Shown here: one piece after another, positions 54,561 through 64,000 of the stretch | Position numbering within the stretch: position 1 is the stretch's first letter | Layout: every line of letters starts with the position of its first letter | From: an uncultured Acidobacteriota bacterium | GTDB lineage: Bacteria; Acidobacteriota; Terriglobia; Terriglobales; SCQP01 | Reading direction: 5' to 3' | Length of the DNA stretch: 64,000 nt | Assembly: GCA_937898755.1 (NCBI GenBank) | Contig: CALEJU010000036.1 | Coordinates: 214,545-278,544, forward strand | Made by a program: the position numbers and the translations under genes | The notes under the pieces: generated by a model | Databases searched by the model: none | The model's input: only the letters and a program-made list of their open reading frames with translations | Told to the model about the DNA's origin: nothing

Positions 54561-54621
54561 CCGCCTTCCCGCCCTCTTCACCGGTCTTCTCCCCGCCCCT
54601 CCACTCTTGTAAGCTCGTTGC

Positions 54622-55461
54622 ATGCGCGTCCGCTGTCTGGTTACGTTCTTCCTGGTCCTGCTGCCGCTCGCTGGGCAGGGTCTCCACCTTGATTCCATCG
54701 CGGTTGGCCCCCTGCTCATCCACGATCACGTTCGCTTCGATTTCCATATCCCAGTCTTGGATGACCCATTCCCGCATGAATTTATCCAGGGGTACGGTTA
54801 CGACGGCGCCGATCTTGGACTCACAGCCGACTATCACTGGCAGCGCCGTCCCTGGCGCACAACGCTACGGATCACTCCTGCCTCGCGGCGGCACTTCGCC
54901 TTTGACCAGGATACTGATTTCAGGCCAGGAACCAACTTCACCCACGGTAATGCGGGCGACGCCAAGAGCCGCACCTTCGGCATCGGACAGAGTCTGCCGC
55001 TGGTGAACTTACGGCGTTGGGGATGGCTGAGCTACCAGTTCGACTACACGCGGCAGTGGTCGCGTTTTCACGACGTCACCACCTACGACCTCAATTCCAA
55101 CCCCGCCCTGCCGTCCAATCGCTATATTCGCGTCATCGGGGAGCACGTCATCGTGCACGAGCTGCGCTCCACCCTCCTGTGGAGCCTGGCCCACGCCGGG
55201 CATGCTTGGGATAGTTCGGCGGATTTCGGCGCAACGCCGCTCACCGGCATCACCCTCAAGAATTACATCCCGGTGATTTTGGCGACGGATATTGCCAAGG
55301 CCTACGGCGGCAACACCCGTTTGACGCTCACCCGTCACCTCGGTGCGTCCTGGGGTTTGCGCCTCGCCGGAGAAGCCGGATGGTACAACAGCTACCAGAG
55401 CTCACACGGGTTTCGTCGCGAAGTATTCGGGTTTCGCCTGGAAGCCGTCCGACGACGCTGA
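54622..55461 (+). CDS. Hypothetical secreted protein, possibly outer-membrane beta-barrel
   Basis: 279 aa. Signal-like N-terminus (MRVRCLVTFFLVLLPLAGQG). Alternating aromatic and polar strands (WGWLSYQFDYTRQW, WGLRLAGEAGWYNSY, EVFGFRLEAV). No family recognised. Confidence 0.5.
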   Translation: MRVRCLVTFFLVLLPLAGQGLHLDSIAVGPLLIHDHVRFDFHIPVLDDPFPHEFIQGYGYDGADLGLTADYHWQRRPWRTTLRITPASRRHFAFDQDTDFRPGTNFTHGNAGDAKSRTFGIGQSLPLVNLRRWGWLSYQFDYTRQWSRFHDVTTYDLNSNPALPSNRYIRVIGEHVIVHELRSTLLWSLAHAGHAWDSSADFGATPLTGITLKNYIPVILATDIAKAYGGNTRLTLTRHLGASWGLRLAGEAGWYNSYQSSHGFRREVFGFRLEAVRRR

Positions 55462-55517
55462 CGACACATCCAGTCCGGGTTCGAAGCACCCACTGTTCAC
55501 TGCCTACCGTCTACCGC

Positions 55518-56486
55518 TCACGGCGTCGCCTCGCTTGTCCGCGCATAGTAACCGTGTCGCGTGCGGGCGACGATTCCGTTGCGCAGCACCTGCACGCTGA
55601 TGGTGTGGTACTGGCCGTTGGGAACGAAGTTAGTAGGCCGGTAGGACAGCACATACTGGTGTCGCAGCTCGGTGGCAATGTCCTGAAACTTGCTGCCGAG
55701 GTCCTCGGCATTAAATGGAAAAAATGCGCGCCCTCCGGTCTGCTCCGCCAGACGCCGCAGCACCGTATCCGAGTCCGGATCTTCTCCTGTAGGCTCGGTT
55801 CCAATCGTGTACACAATCGCGCCGGCGCGCTGCGCCATCTCCAACGCTTCCTCGCGGCTGACCCGGCTCCAGTTGTCGTTGCCGTCACTGATAACCACCA
55901 TGACGCGGCGCACACTGTCGCTGCCCCCACCTAGCAGCTTTTCACGAGCCGTTTCGTAGATGGCGTCGTAAAGCGCGGTACCGCCACCCGGGCGTAACGA
56001 ACGGATGCCTTTGGCCAGCAGCTCCTCGTCATCAGTCAGATCCTGCACCAACTGAAAGTTGGTATCAAACGCCACCACCACCGCCTGATCCCGCCCACGC
56101 TTGAGGACCGTGCCGAGGAAATCAATCGCCGCCTGTTGTTCAAACTTAAAACGGTCAGAAATGCTGCTGCTCGTATCAAGCACCAGGGCAATGCGCAGGG
56201 GGAGGTTTCCCTCGTCCAGAAAGCGGGAGATTTGTTGAGGCTGCTTGTCGTCGTAAATGCGGAAATCGGCCTGCCGTAGCCCGTAGATAAACCGGCGATG
56301 CTTGTCTACCGCCGAGAGGACGATGCTGACCTCGTTCACGTTCTTCACGATCGTCGGCGACTTCTGGGTACCGGCCGAGGGCGGAGGCGCGGGCGCTGCT
56401 GCCGGGGCGGAAGCTTGGGCAAGACCGGTTCCCAAACAAACCAGGCCCGACATCGCCATCGTGATCAAAAAGGACCGCTTGCGCAT
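55518..56486 (-). CDS. von Willebrand factor type A (VWA) domain-containing secreted protein
   Basis: 322 aa. Signal peptide. MIDAS-type motif (IALVLDTSSSIS ... GGGTALYDAI ... VMVVISDGNDN). Confidence 0.85.
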   Translation of the reverse strand: MRKRSFLITMAMSGLVCLGTGLAQASAPAAAPAPPPSAGTQKSPTIVKNVNEVSIVLSAVDKHRRFIYGLRQADFRIYDDKQPQQISRFLDEGNLPLRIALVLDTSSSISDRFKFEQQAAIDFLGTVLKRGRDQAVVVAFDTNFQLVQDLTDDEELLAKGIRSLRPGGGTALYDAIYETAREKLLGGGSDSVRRVMVVISDGNDNWSRVSREEALEMAQRAGAIVYTIGTEPTGEDPDSDTVLRRLAEQTGGRAFFPFNAEDLGSKFQDIATELRHQYVLSYRPTNFVPNGQYHTISVQVLRNGIVARTRHGYYARTSEATP

Positions 56487-56606
56487 GCGTCTCGCCTCAG
56501 TATACCCAGCTCACCTGACAAGTCCCGGCCGCCATTCCGCCATTCCGGCAAACAGTACTGTGTTTGACGTTTGGAACAGTGCCCCCGGTTCCCGCGAAAC
56601 GGGTGG

Positions 56607-57686
56607 CTACCGCCCCTCCTCCCGCAGTCGCAGTAGCAGCCAGGTGAGATCTTCCGGCAAAGGAGCGGTGAAAACCAGGGGCTCTCCTGTCCGCGGCTGC
56701 TGCAGACGCAACTCATGGGAGTGTAAAAACAGGCGCGGCAATTCGAAACCGGTGAGCGTTCCCGGCCCCGCGAGTCGCGCCGGCGCCCCATAGAGCCGAT
56801 CGCCCACCACCGGATGTCCCAGGGATGCCATGTGGACACGGATCTGGTGTGTCCGGCCGGTGAGAATTTTGAGGTCGAGGTAGCTGTACGCCGCCAGACC
56901 GCCGCGCTGCGCCAGCGCCGGCAGGCGCTCCAGCACACGGAACTCGGTGTGCGCCTCCCGGCCGGCGCGCCGCCGCGTCGTCATGCGGGTGCGGCGCTGG
57001 CGATCGCGCTCGATCGGCGCGTCCACCCGCCCGCTCGCGGTCGCCACCCGGCCATGCACTATGGCAAGGTACCGCTTCCCCACTTGACGCTGTTGAAATT
57101 GCGCCCCTAACGCGCGCTGGGCCGCCTCGTTCTTGGCAACCACGATCACGCCGCTGGTCAGTCGATCCAATCGGTGCACGATGCCGGGACGCAGAATAGC
57201 GGTTCCGGCAGCCGGCTCCGCCACGTCATCCGCCTCTCCCAATCCATCGCTCAAATTCTCCTCGTCGCCGCCCGTCTCGCTCCCCACATCCCACGGAAGG
57301 GTCGGATACCGGTGCAGGAGCGCATTGACCAGCGTCCCGCTGCTTTGTCCGGCCCCGGCATGAACCAGCAGCCCGGCGGGTTTATTGATTGCCGCCAGGT
57401 CCTCGTCTTCGTAGAGAACGTCGAGCGGAATATCTTCCGCCACCGCCTCCAGCGACGGCCGCGGTGCCAGCACAATCTTCACCACGTCGTTCACCCGCAA
57501 GAGGGTGGAGGGCCGTGTCTGCAGTTCCTCGTTCACCATCACCGCCCGCGCACGAATCAGTTCCTGCAGGCGGGCACGACTCTGCTCCGGCAATCGGACG
57601 CTCAAAAAACGATCCAGCCGCAACGCATTTTCGGGATCGTTGACGACCAAATCGACTTGGCGGGTCGGGGGCATCGAGGCGCTCAT
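56607..57686 (-). CDS. rluD: 23S rRNA pseudouridine synthase, RluA family (RluD-like)
   Basis: Internal ATG at 57686. S4 domain (RLDRFLSVRLPEQSRARLQELI). Catalytic motif HRLDRLTSGVIVVAKN, and GRTHQIRVH. Confidence 0.9.
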   Translation of the reverse strand: MSASMPPTRQVDLVVNDPENALRLDRFLSVRLPEQSRARLQELIRARAVMVNEELQTRPSTLLRVNDVVKIVLAPRPSLEAVAEDIPLDVLYEDEDLAAINKPAGLLVHAGAGQSSGTLVNALLHRYPTLPWDVGSETGGDEENLSDGLGEADDVAEPAAGTAILRPGIVHRLDRLTSGVIVVAKNEAAQRALGAQFQQRQVGKRYLAIVHGRVATASGRVDAPIERDRQRRTRMTTRRRAGREAHTEFRVLERLPALAQRGGLAAYSYLDLKILTGRTHQIRVHMASLGHPVVGDRLYGAPARLAGPGTLTGFELPRLFLHSHELRLQQPRTGEPLVFTAPLPEDLTWLLLRLREEGR

Positions 57687-57747
57687 TGAGACACACCGGC
57701 AGCGACGCTGGTTGCCCACCCCGACCTTCGCCCGCAGTGCGACGTGA

Positions 57748-58554
57748 TCAATGGCTCGTCGCCGGCACGGCGTGACGGACAAGGTGGGCCCGCCGCACCC
57801 AGATTCCGATCGCCAGCGCAATCATGACCAGGCTTGTCAGCTGTCCGGCCGTGAGCGTCCCATGAAACAACATGGCCTCCGGTTCATAGGCGCGCAGAAA
57901 GTCCACGAAGAAACGGACCAGCCCGTAAGCCAGCAGGTACATGGCCACCAATTCGCCCGTGAAACGACGCCGGCCGGCCATGTAGATGAGCAGCAGAAAA
58001 ATCAGCAGTTCCGCCGCTGATTCAATGAGCTGGGTCGGATAGAGACGAATGCCTAATGGCACCCCCACCGTGGCATTGGAGTAGGGGTTGGTGAAAATGA
58101 TGCCCCAGCCGGCGGTGGTTGGGCGTCCCCAGCAGCAACCCGCCGAAAAGCATCCCAAACGCCCAATGGCGTGCCCGATCGCCGCCCCGGGCGCCAGACA
58201 GTCCCCCAGTCCCAGCCAGCTCATGTGGTGGCGGTAGACGAACCAGAACAGCACGACCAGCGCTCCGATCAGTCCGCCGTAAAAAATTCCGGCGGACTGC
58301 AGCAACGCCAGCGTGAAGAGTTGCCGGGGCTGCTGCACATAAAACCGCCAGTCCTGCAAGACGAGGAACAGCTTGGCGCCCACCATGGCGCTTAACGCCA
58401 AGTACACCGCCAAGTTGAACATCAGGTCAGGATTAAGCCCGAAACGGCGGGCCATGCGCTGCGCCGTGAAGATCCCGACCAGAAACCCGGTTGCGACCAG
58501 GACCCCATAGGTATGGAGGGTGAATCCATCAAGGCTGAAAAGACGAGGAAACAT
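57748..58554 (-). CDS. lgt: Prolipoprotein diacylglyceryl transferase
   Basis: 268 aa. YGVLVATGFLVG, GRLGCFSAGCCWGRPT and the conserved Lgt signature region. Confidence 0.93.
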   Translation of the reverse strand: MFPRLFSLDGFTLHTYGVLVATGFLVGIFTAQRMARRFGLNPDLMFNLAVYLALSAMVGAKLFLVLQDWRFYVQQPRQLFTLALLQSAGIFYGGLIGALVVLFWFVYRHHMSWLGLGDCLAPGAAIGHAIGRLGCFSAGCCWGRPTTAGWGIIFTNPYSNATVGVPLGIRLYPTQLIESAAELLIFLLLIYMAGRRRFTGELVAMYLLAYGLVRFFVDFLRAYEPEAMLFHGTLTAGQLTSLVMIALAIGIWVRRAHLVRHAVPATSH

Positions 58555-58577
58555 CTGAGTTGAAGTCTAGCAAACGC

Positions 58578-59123
58578 CTACTGCTGCCCCGCCACCGCTT
58601 CCCTGGCCGGCTGCGGCTCGGATCGCAGAATGTCCCATACCAACAGTCCCGCGCCCACCACAATGGCCGAGTCGGCAACGTTGAACGCCGGCCACTCGTA
58701 GCGCGAAACGTAAAACAAAAGAAAGTCCACCACGCTGCCGTGCAGCAGCCGATCGAAAAGGTTGCCGCAGGCTCCCCCCATGATCAGCGCCAGCGCCACG
58801 CCGGTGGCGCCCGGATTGCGTCCGCGCCACAGCAAAATCACCACCACCGCCAAAGCCAGCAGCGAGAACGCGATCAGCAGTCCTACCTTCCACTGCGAAG
58901 GCGAGTCCTGGAACAGCCCGAACGCGGCACCATGGTTTTCCAAGTGGACGATGCTGAACAGGTTGGGGATGACCTCGATGCTGGCATGCCCGCGCATTTT
59001 TTCCACCCAGCCCTTGGTGAGCTGGTCCAGCGTGAAGACCGCCAGGGCGATCACAAAATGGCGAATGCGCATCACGCGCAGCGGCACTTCTCTTCTTGCG
59101 GTGTCCGTCTCGGTGTCCATCAT
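58578..59123 (-). CDS. lspA: Lipoprotein signal peptidase (signal peptidase II)
   Basis: [27 protein letters not shown] and [11 protein letters not shown] motifs. The ATG at 59123 overlaps the ileS stop (ATGATG/TGA). A shorter start at 59072 (MRIRHF) is possible. Confidence 0.9.
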   Translation of the reverse strand: MMDTETDTARREVPLRVMRIRHFVIALAVFTLDQLTKGWVEKMRGHASIEVIPNLFSIVHLENHGAAFGLFQDSPSQWKVGLLIAFSLLALAVVVILLWRGRNPGATGVALALIMGGACGNLFDRLLHGSVVDFLLFYVSRYEWPAFNVADSAIVVGAGLLVWDILRSEPQPAREAVAGQQ

Positions 59124-61942
59124 GCGCGCACCGTCCCAAACGCAACGTCGAGCCCGGCGTCCACCCGGGCCTGCAGGGCCGCTACGCAACGCTCGCAGAC
59201 GGTGGGCATCTCGGCTGTTTCACCCACGTGGACCGAATAATTCCAGCACCGTTCGCACTTGGTGCCACGCGCGGCTTCCACCCGTACCGTCAGGACCGAA
59301 TCGGGAGCGGCCTCCACTTCCACCTGTGACGTAATGAAGAGGGCGGAAAGTTGCGGTAAAACGCCCTGCAACAAAGCCCAATCCGATTCGGGAGCCGCGA
59401 GATGAATCGCAGCTTCCAACGAAGTACCGATCCGTTTCTCTTGCCGGGCCGTCTCCAGCGCGCCCAACACGGCCTCGCGAATGTTCAGCAGCCGGTCCCA
59501 GCGTGCCTGCTGATCCGGGCACAGCCAGGCCTCGACCGCCGGAAAGTTCGCCAAATGGACGCTGATGCCCCGCGCCTCGCCATCCAGCGTGGTGGGCGGC
59601 AGGTAGCTCCAAACCTCATCGGCGGTGAAGGTGAAAATCGGGGCGTAGAGCCGCACCAGCACCTCGCTGATCTGCCACAGCGCCGTCTGCGCGCTGCGCC
59701 GACCCGCGCTTTCCGGCGCAAACGTGTAGAGACGATCTTTCAGGACATCAAGGTAAAACGCGCTGAGTTGCACCGCGCAGAAGTCGTAAAGCCGGTGGTA
59801 GACCTTGTGAAAACTGTACTCCTCCATCGCCCGGCGGCACTCCTGGGCGAGCACCGCCGTCTGGTTCAGCATGTAGCGGTCCAACTCCCACACCGCCTCC
59901 AGCGGCACGGCGTCGCGGCACGGATCGAAATCGAACAGATTGCTCAGCAGATAGCGGAACGTGTTCCTCACCTTGCGATAGGCTTCCGCAAGGCGCGCCA
60001 TCATCTCGTCCGAGATGGGCATGTCGTCGCGGTACTCCACGCTCGCCACCCACGCCCGCAGCACCTCGGCGCCGTACTGTTTGACAATGGTCTGCGGCTC
60101 GATGCTGTTGCCCACCGACTTGGACATGGCCCGCCCGTCGGCGTCGAGCACCATGCCGTGCGAGAGAACCGCCCGATAGGGTGCCCGCTCGCGCAGACCC
60201 ACCCCCAGCAACAGGGAGGATTGGAACCAACCGCGAAACTGGTCGCCGCCTTCCAGGTAGAGGTCGGCCGGCCACGGTAACCCCGGACGATCGAGCACCG
60301 CCGCCTGACTCGAACCCGACTCGAACCACACGTCCACGATGTCGCGCTCCTGCTCGAAGGCGGTGCCGCCGCACTGCGCGCAGCTCACGCCGGGGGGAAC
60401 GAAATCGGAGGCCGGCCGCCGGAACCAGGCATCGGCGCCCTCCGCCGCAAAGAGGCGCACGATCTGGGCATCCACCGCGGCATCGCGGAGATAGGCACGG
60501 CACGCCGCGCAGGCCAGCACCGGAATCGGGACGCCCCACGCGCGCTGCCGCGAAATGCACCAGTCGGGCCGATTGCCCACCATGTGACGCAGGCGCTCCT
60601 CGCCCCACTTCGGCGTCCACTCGACCTCGCCGATGGCTTTCAGCGCACGTTCCCGCAACTGGTTGCGTTCCATGCCGATGAACCACTGCTCAGTGGCGCG
60701 AAAAATGATCGGGTTGTGGCAGCGCCAGCAGTGCGGGTAGGAATGGGTCAACGATGCGGTTGCCAGCAGCGTCCCGTTCCGTCGCAGATGGTCCACGATC
60801 AGCGGGTTGGCGGCAAAGATCTGCAGGCCGGTAAACGGCTCGGTCTCCGGGCCGAACAACACGCCGCCCGCATCCACCGGGCACAAGATCGGCAGCTTGT
60901 AGCGCTCCCCCGTCTGGAAGTCCTCCGCCCCATGTCCGGGAGCGGTATGGACGATGCCCGTCCCTTGGTCGGTGGTCACGTAGTCCGCCAGCACTCCCGG
61001 CACGTCCCGGTCCAGCCAGGGATGGCGAAACTGGACGTGCTCCATGGCGCGCCCCGGAAAGCGCGCCAGAATGTCTTGGATCTCGAAACCGCAGCGTCGC
61101 GCCGTCGCCTCGGCCAGCGCTTCCGCCAGAATGAACACTTCCCCGCTCTCGACCCGCGTCGCAACGTAGTCGAGTTCGGGGTGGAACGCCAACCCCACGC
61201 TGGCAGGCAGGGTCCATGGCGTCGTCGTCCAGATCACTGCCGCCAGATCACTGACCCCTCGCAGCGCCTCTGAAAGCGTCCCCGCGCCGTAGCGGTACTT
61301 TACCCATACCGTCGGACTGTCGTGGTTCTCGTACTCCACCTCGGCTTCAGCCAGCGCTGTCCTGTCGTGAATGCACCAATACACCGAGCGCAGCCCTTTA
61401 TAGGCGTACCCCTGCGCCACGAACTGCAGAATCTGCTCGGCGATCACCGCCTCGAAGCCGGCCGACATTGTCAAATAGGGGTGTTCCCAGTCGCCAAAGA
61501 TTCCCAACCGCTTGAACTCTTCCCGGTGCAGGTCCACGTATTTACCGGCGTAATCGCGGCACGCCTTCCGAATCGCCAGCACCGGCATGCCGGCCTTTTT
61601 GGCCCCCAGCTGCTGATCCACTTTGATCTCGATCGGGAGTCCATGGCAGTCCCAGCCTGGAACGTAGGGCGAGTCGAAGCCCGCCATCGTCTTGGACTTC
61701 ACCACGAAGTCCTTGAGGATCTTGTTAAGCGCGTGGCCCAAGTGGATCGCACCGTTGGCGTAGGGAGGACCGTCATGCAGGACAAACGTCGGAGACCCGG
61801 CCCGCAGCCGCCGAATCGCACCGCTCAAGTCGATCTCGTGCCAGTGCTGCAGCCAGCGCGGCTCGCTCACTGGCAAGTTGGCCTTCATCGGAAACGTGGT
61901 TGCCGGCAGGTTGAGCGTCTTTTTAAGGGGAAGGGATGCCAA
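59120..61942 (-). CDS. ileS: Isoleucine--tRNA ligase (type 1, with C-terminal zinc-binding region)
   Basis: HIGH ([14 protein letters not shown]), KMSKS (AMSKSVGN), CP1 editing domain, and C-terminal CxxC...CxxC (CERCWNY...CERC). The track start is GTG 62020. I prefer TTG 61942 ([23 protein letters not shown]), which has GGAGAG 7 nt upstream. Confidence 0.95.
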   Translation of the reverse strand: MASLPLKKTLNLPATTFPMKANLPVSEPRWLQHWHEIDLSGAIRRLRAGSPTFVLHDGPPYANGAIHLGHALNKILKDFVVKSKTMAGFDSPYVPGWDCHGLPIEIKVDQQLGAKKAGMPVLAIRKACRDYAGKYVDLHREEFKRLGIFGDWEHPYLTMSAGFEAVIAEQILQFVAQGYAYKGLRSVYWCIHDRTALAEAEVEYENHDSPTVWVKYRYGAGTLSEALRGVSDLAAVIWTTTPWTLPASVGLAFHPELDYVATRVESGEVFILAEALAEATARRCGFEIQDILARFPGRAMEHVQFRHPWLDRDVPGVLADYVTTDQGTGIVHTAPGHGAEDFQTGERYKLPILCPVDAGGVLFGPETEPFTGLQIFAANPLIVDHLRRNGTLLATASLTHSYPHCWRCHNPIIFRATEQWFIGMERNQLRERALKAIGEVEWTPKWGEERLRHMVGNRPDWCISRQRAWGVPIPVLACAACRAYLRDAAVDAQIVRLFAAEGADAWFRRPASDFVPPGVSCAQCGGTAFEQERDIVDVWFESGSSQAAVLDRPGLPWPADLYLEGGDQFRGWFQSSLLLGVGLRERAPYRAVLSHGMVLDADGRAMSKSVGNSIEPQTIVKQYGAEVLRAWVASVEYRDDMPISDEMMARLAEAYRKVRNTFRYLLSNLFDFDPCRDAVPLEAVWELDRYMLNQTAVLAQECRRAMEEYSFHKVYHRLYDFCAVQLSAFYLDVLKDRLYTFAPESAGRRSAQTALWQISEVLVRLYAPIFTFTADEVWSYLPPTTLDGEARGISVHLANFPAVEAWLCPDQQARWDRLLNIREAVLGALETARQEKRIGTSLEAAIHLAAPESDWALLQGVLPQLSALFITSQVEVEAAPDSVLTVRVEAARGTKCERCWNYSVHVGETAEMPTVCERCVAALQARVDAGLDVAFGTVRA

Positions 61943-62388
61943 AACCGAGCTCTCCAAAGGGCCCACTGGCCCTGCCTTGCAGTATAAAGGACGGAATGCG
62001 GTGGCCGTTGAACGCGACACCGCGGCGTGCCAAATCTCGGCTGCGGCCTTGCCCTCGACCGTGAACCTTCAACCTTCAACCGTCCAGAATGGAGGGCACC
62101 GCATGGAATCTCCGGGGCGCGCCACGTGGCGCTTTTCCGTTCCCAGTCCCCTCCCCCCGCTTCATCTTCCGGACCCCAATCGACATCCGTCTGCCGGTTC
62201 CCTCCACTATTCAGGTAACTTCCCCGTGATAAACTGCGTCGAAGAAGTGTCCTGCAAAGGCGGGTCCATCCGCCCTCGTGCGACACCAAGTGGCTGAAGG
62301 AGCTTCGACTCCTGCGTTTAGGTTGCAATGCATTCGCCCCTCAACGATTGGAACGCGACGTTAGAAACGCGACCTTGAGGAACGTCCC

Positions 62389-63462
62389 ATGGCCCATCTA
62401 AGCAGCGAGCCTCCCCCGACCGAAGACAGCTCTCCAGCTCCCTCCCCGGAGTACAAGCCGCTGCTCGAATCCTCCGGCTTTTTCGCGTCCCTAAAGGAAA
62501 GCTGGCAGACCCTCTTCGGCAAGCAGGGACCGGCCCTGAAACTCGACTCAAAACCAGCTAGCACTGATGTCCTGATCGAAGAGCACTCGGTTTGGAAGTC
62601 GCTCGCCGAGAACCTCCGCGCCACCTTCCGTCCGGAAAAGCTCCCGCCCCTGCAGCTGGATTCCAAGCCCATTCCCGTCAAAGACATCTGGGCTAAGGAT
62701 GAACGTAAGGCTTTAAGCGGTACAGCCTCCTTCTTGATCCATATCGCGGTCATGGCGCTGATCGCGTTGCCGCTGTTCAATCATTCCGTTCGCAACGCGA
62801 TCCAGCAGAATGTCACCCAGATATTCGTTCCCACGGAAAACCTATCGGCCAAGATGGCGCCGAAACGCATGGGCGGCGGCGGCGGCCATCACGACCCCAC
62901 CCCGGTGACCAAGGGCAAGCTTCCCAAACTCGAGCGTGCCCCGAAAGCCCCTCCCGTCATCAAGCTGCCGGATGTGCAGCCGAAGCTCCCGGTCGCCCCT
63001 GCCATTCAGGTCCAGCCCGATGCCAAGCTGGCCAACGTCAACCTGCCCGTCTTTGGCAGCCCTACTGGCGTCAAGGGTCCGCCCAGTCTGGGTAACGGCC
63101 ATGGTAATGGAATCGGTTCCGGCAACGGTGCTGGCTTGGGACCCGGAAGCGGCTGGAACACTGGCGGCGGCAACCCCTCCGAGGGCGGTGCGCTCAGTCC
63201 TCCGCGAGCCATCTACCAACCTGACCCTGAGTACTCTGACGAGGCCCGCAAAGCCAAGTTCCAAGGCCAGGTCGAATTGTTGGTGACCATCGGCACCGAC
63301 GGTCGCGTCCACGACGTCCGCGTCTCACGCCCGCTTGGGCTGGGTCTGGACGAAAAGGCTATCGAAGCGGTCAAACAGTGGCGCTTCGAGCCCGCCCGCA
63401 CCAAAGACGGCAAACCTGTCCAGATCGCCGCCAATATCGAAGTCAACTTCCGCTTGTACTGA
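62389..63462 (+). CDS. TonB-family energy transducer protein
   Basis: 357 aa. Central TM anchor (ASFLIHIAVMALIALPLF), Pro/Gly-rich spacer and a TonB_C domain (PDPEYSDEARKAKFQGQVELLVTIGTDGRVHDVRVSRPLGLGLDEKAIEAVKQWRFEPA). Confidence 0.8.
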   Translation: MAHLSSEPPPTEDSSPAPSPEYKPLLESSGFFASLKESWQTLFGKQGPALKLDSKPASTDVLIEEHSVWKSLAENLRATFRPEKLPPLQLDSKPIPVKDIWAKDERKALSGTASFLIHIAVMALIALPLFNHSVRNAIQQNVTQIFVPTENLSAKMAPKRMGGGGGHHDPTPVTKGKLPKLERAPKAPPVIKLPDVQPKLPVAPAIQVQPDAKLANVNLPVFGSPTGVKGPPSLGNGHGNGIGSGNGAGLGPGSGWNTGGGNPSEGGALSPPRAIYQPDPEYSDEARKAKFQGQVELLVTIGTDGRVHDVRVSRPLGLGLDEKAIEAVKQWRFEPARTKDGKPVQIAANIEVNFRLY

Positions 63463-63573
63463 CGCGACCTTCCCGCCGTCGATCCGCGCGGTGCCTCATT
63501 CTTCGGCTTGACCTGTGTCTGTCATCTGCAGGATCATCGCTGCGGTCCAACGCTCGTCCGGGGGTCGCCTACC

Positions 63574-64000
63574 TTGAAAACCACGCGTCGTACTGCACTG
63601 AAATTGCTATCGGGCGCCGCGCCCGCCCTGCTGCTCAACCGACGGTTGCGAGCCCAATCAGAGCTCAAAATCCATTCCGGCCCCTTTCAAGGAACGCGCG
63701 AGTCCCTGCAACGCTACGAAATCCCGACGTGGTTCCGCGACGCCAAGTTCGGCATCTGGGCGCACTGGGGACCGCAGTCGGGGGTCGAACAGGGGGACTG
63801 GTATGCCCGCAACATGTACATGCAGGGCAGCCGCCAGTATCAGTACCACGTCGCCACTTACGGCCACCCCTCGAAATTCGGCTACAAGGACATCGTGCCC
63901 CTTTGGAAAGCGGCCGACTTTGATCCCGAACACCTGATGGGCCTCTATCGTCGTGCCGGCGCCAGGTACTTCATGAGCATGGGCGTGCACCACGATAATT
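63574..64000 (+). CDS. Alpha-L-fucosidase (GH29), 5' part (runs off the window end)
   Basis: Absent from the ORF track because it is open at the window edge. TTG 63574 gives MKTTRRTALKLLSGAAPALLL (Tat-like leader). This is followed by ...RYEIPTWFRDAKFGIWAHWGPQSGVEQGDWYARNMYMQGSRQYQYHVATYGHPSKFGYKDIVPLWKAADFDPEHLMGLYRRAGARYFMSMGVHHDN, a typical GH29 N-terminal catalytic region. Confidence 0.85.
   Translation, partial: MKTTRRTALKLLSGAAPALLLNRRLRAQSELKIHSGPFQGTRESLQRYEIPTWFRDAKFGIWAHWGPQSGVEQGDWYARNMYMQGSRQYQYHVATYGHPSKFGYKDIVPLWKAADFDPEHLMGLYRRAGARYFMSMGVHHDN

Noticed and set aside
1-64000. Scan for CRISPR arrays, IS elements or transposases, integrases, phage or toxin-antitoxin genes, rRNA and tRNA genes, and large repeats
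   Set aside because: None found. The only tRNA-like T-arm (GGTTCGATTCC) belongs to ssrA. Repeats seen are limited to 8-9-bp tandem or direct motifs in intergenic regions. The gene content is housekeeping and syntenic-looking, so this is not an accessory island.

Overview
GC-rich (roughly 60-65% by eye), gene-dense chromosomal core region with about 55 protein genes and one tmRNA. The protein content suggests an Acidobacteriota-like soil bacterium, by inference only. The supporting proteins are a carboxypeptidase-regulatory-domain TonB-dependent-receptor-like OMP, a Tat-signal Gfo/Idh/MocA oxidoreductase, a GH29 fucosidase, a DUF4965 glutaminase-like protein and TonB-type TolA. Blocks in order: (1) hrcA-grpE-dnaJ-rsmE heat-shock operon on the minus strand, with no dnaK. 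(2) Aldehyde dehydrogenase, a small PG-binding-like secreted protein, and an amidohydrolase coupled to a DMT exporter. (3) A 13.6 kb complex I operon, nuoA-C-D-E-F-G-H-J-K-L-M-N, which lacks nuoB and nuoI. (4) mutL, aspS and hisS with an intercalated membrane protein, a gamma-CA-like protein and queG. (5) A Tat oxidoreductase, a TPR protein and a large TonB-dependent-receptor-like OMP. (6) ssrA (tmRNA), an uncharacterised GAF-like protein, hemD, marC and a glutaminase-like protein. (7) Zn-ADH, a response regulator-PilZ hybrid, and a UbiA prenyltransferase followed by a fused COG0170 (VTE5-like) + DUF92 (VTE6-like) prenol kinase. (8) mutM, recN and a complete tol-pal cluster (tolQ-tolR-tolA-like-tolB-pal-ybgF). 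(9) An OMP-like hypothetical, a VWA protein, ileS-lspA-lgt-rluD, a TonB-family protein and the 5' part of a fucosidase. I found no CRISPR array, transposase or integrase, phage genes, rRNA or tRNA genes. Nothing here looks like a discrete defence or mobile system. The items most worth follow-up are the prenol-salvage/prenyltransferase module, the complex I operon missing its two small Fe-S subunits, the tolQ gene with no canonical start codon, and the non-CIRCE inverted repeat on the hrcA promoter. Many long ORFs in the track are antisense shadow ORFs typical of high-GC DNA. The track also translates GTG/TTG starts as M, so several true starts are internal to the listed ORFs.
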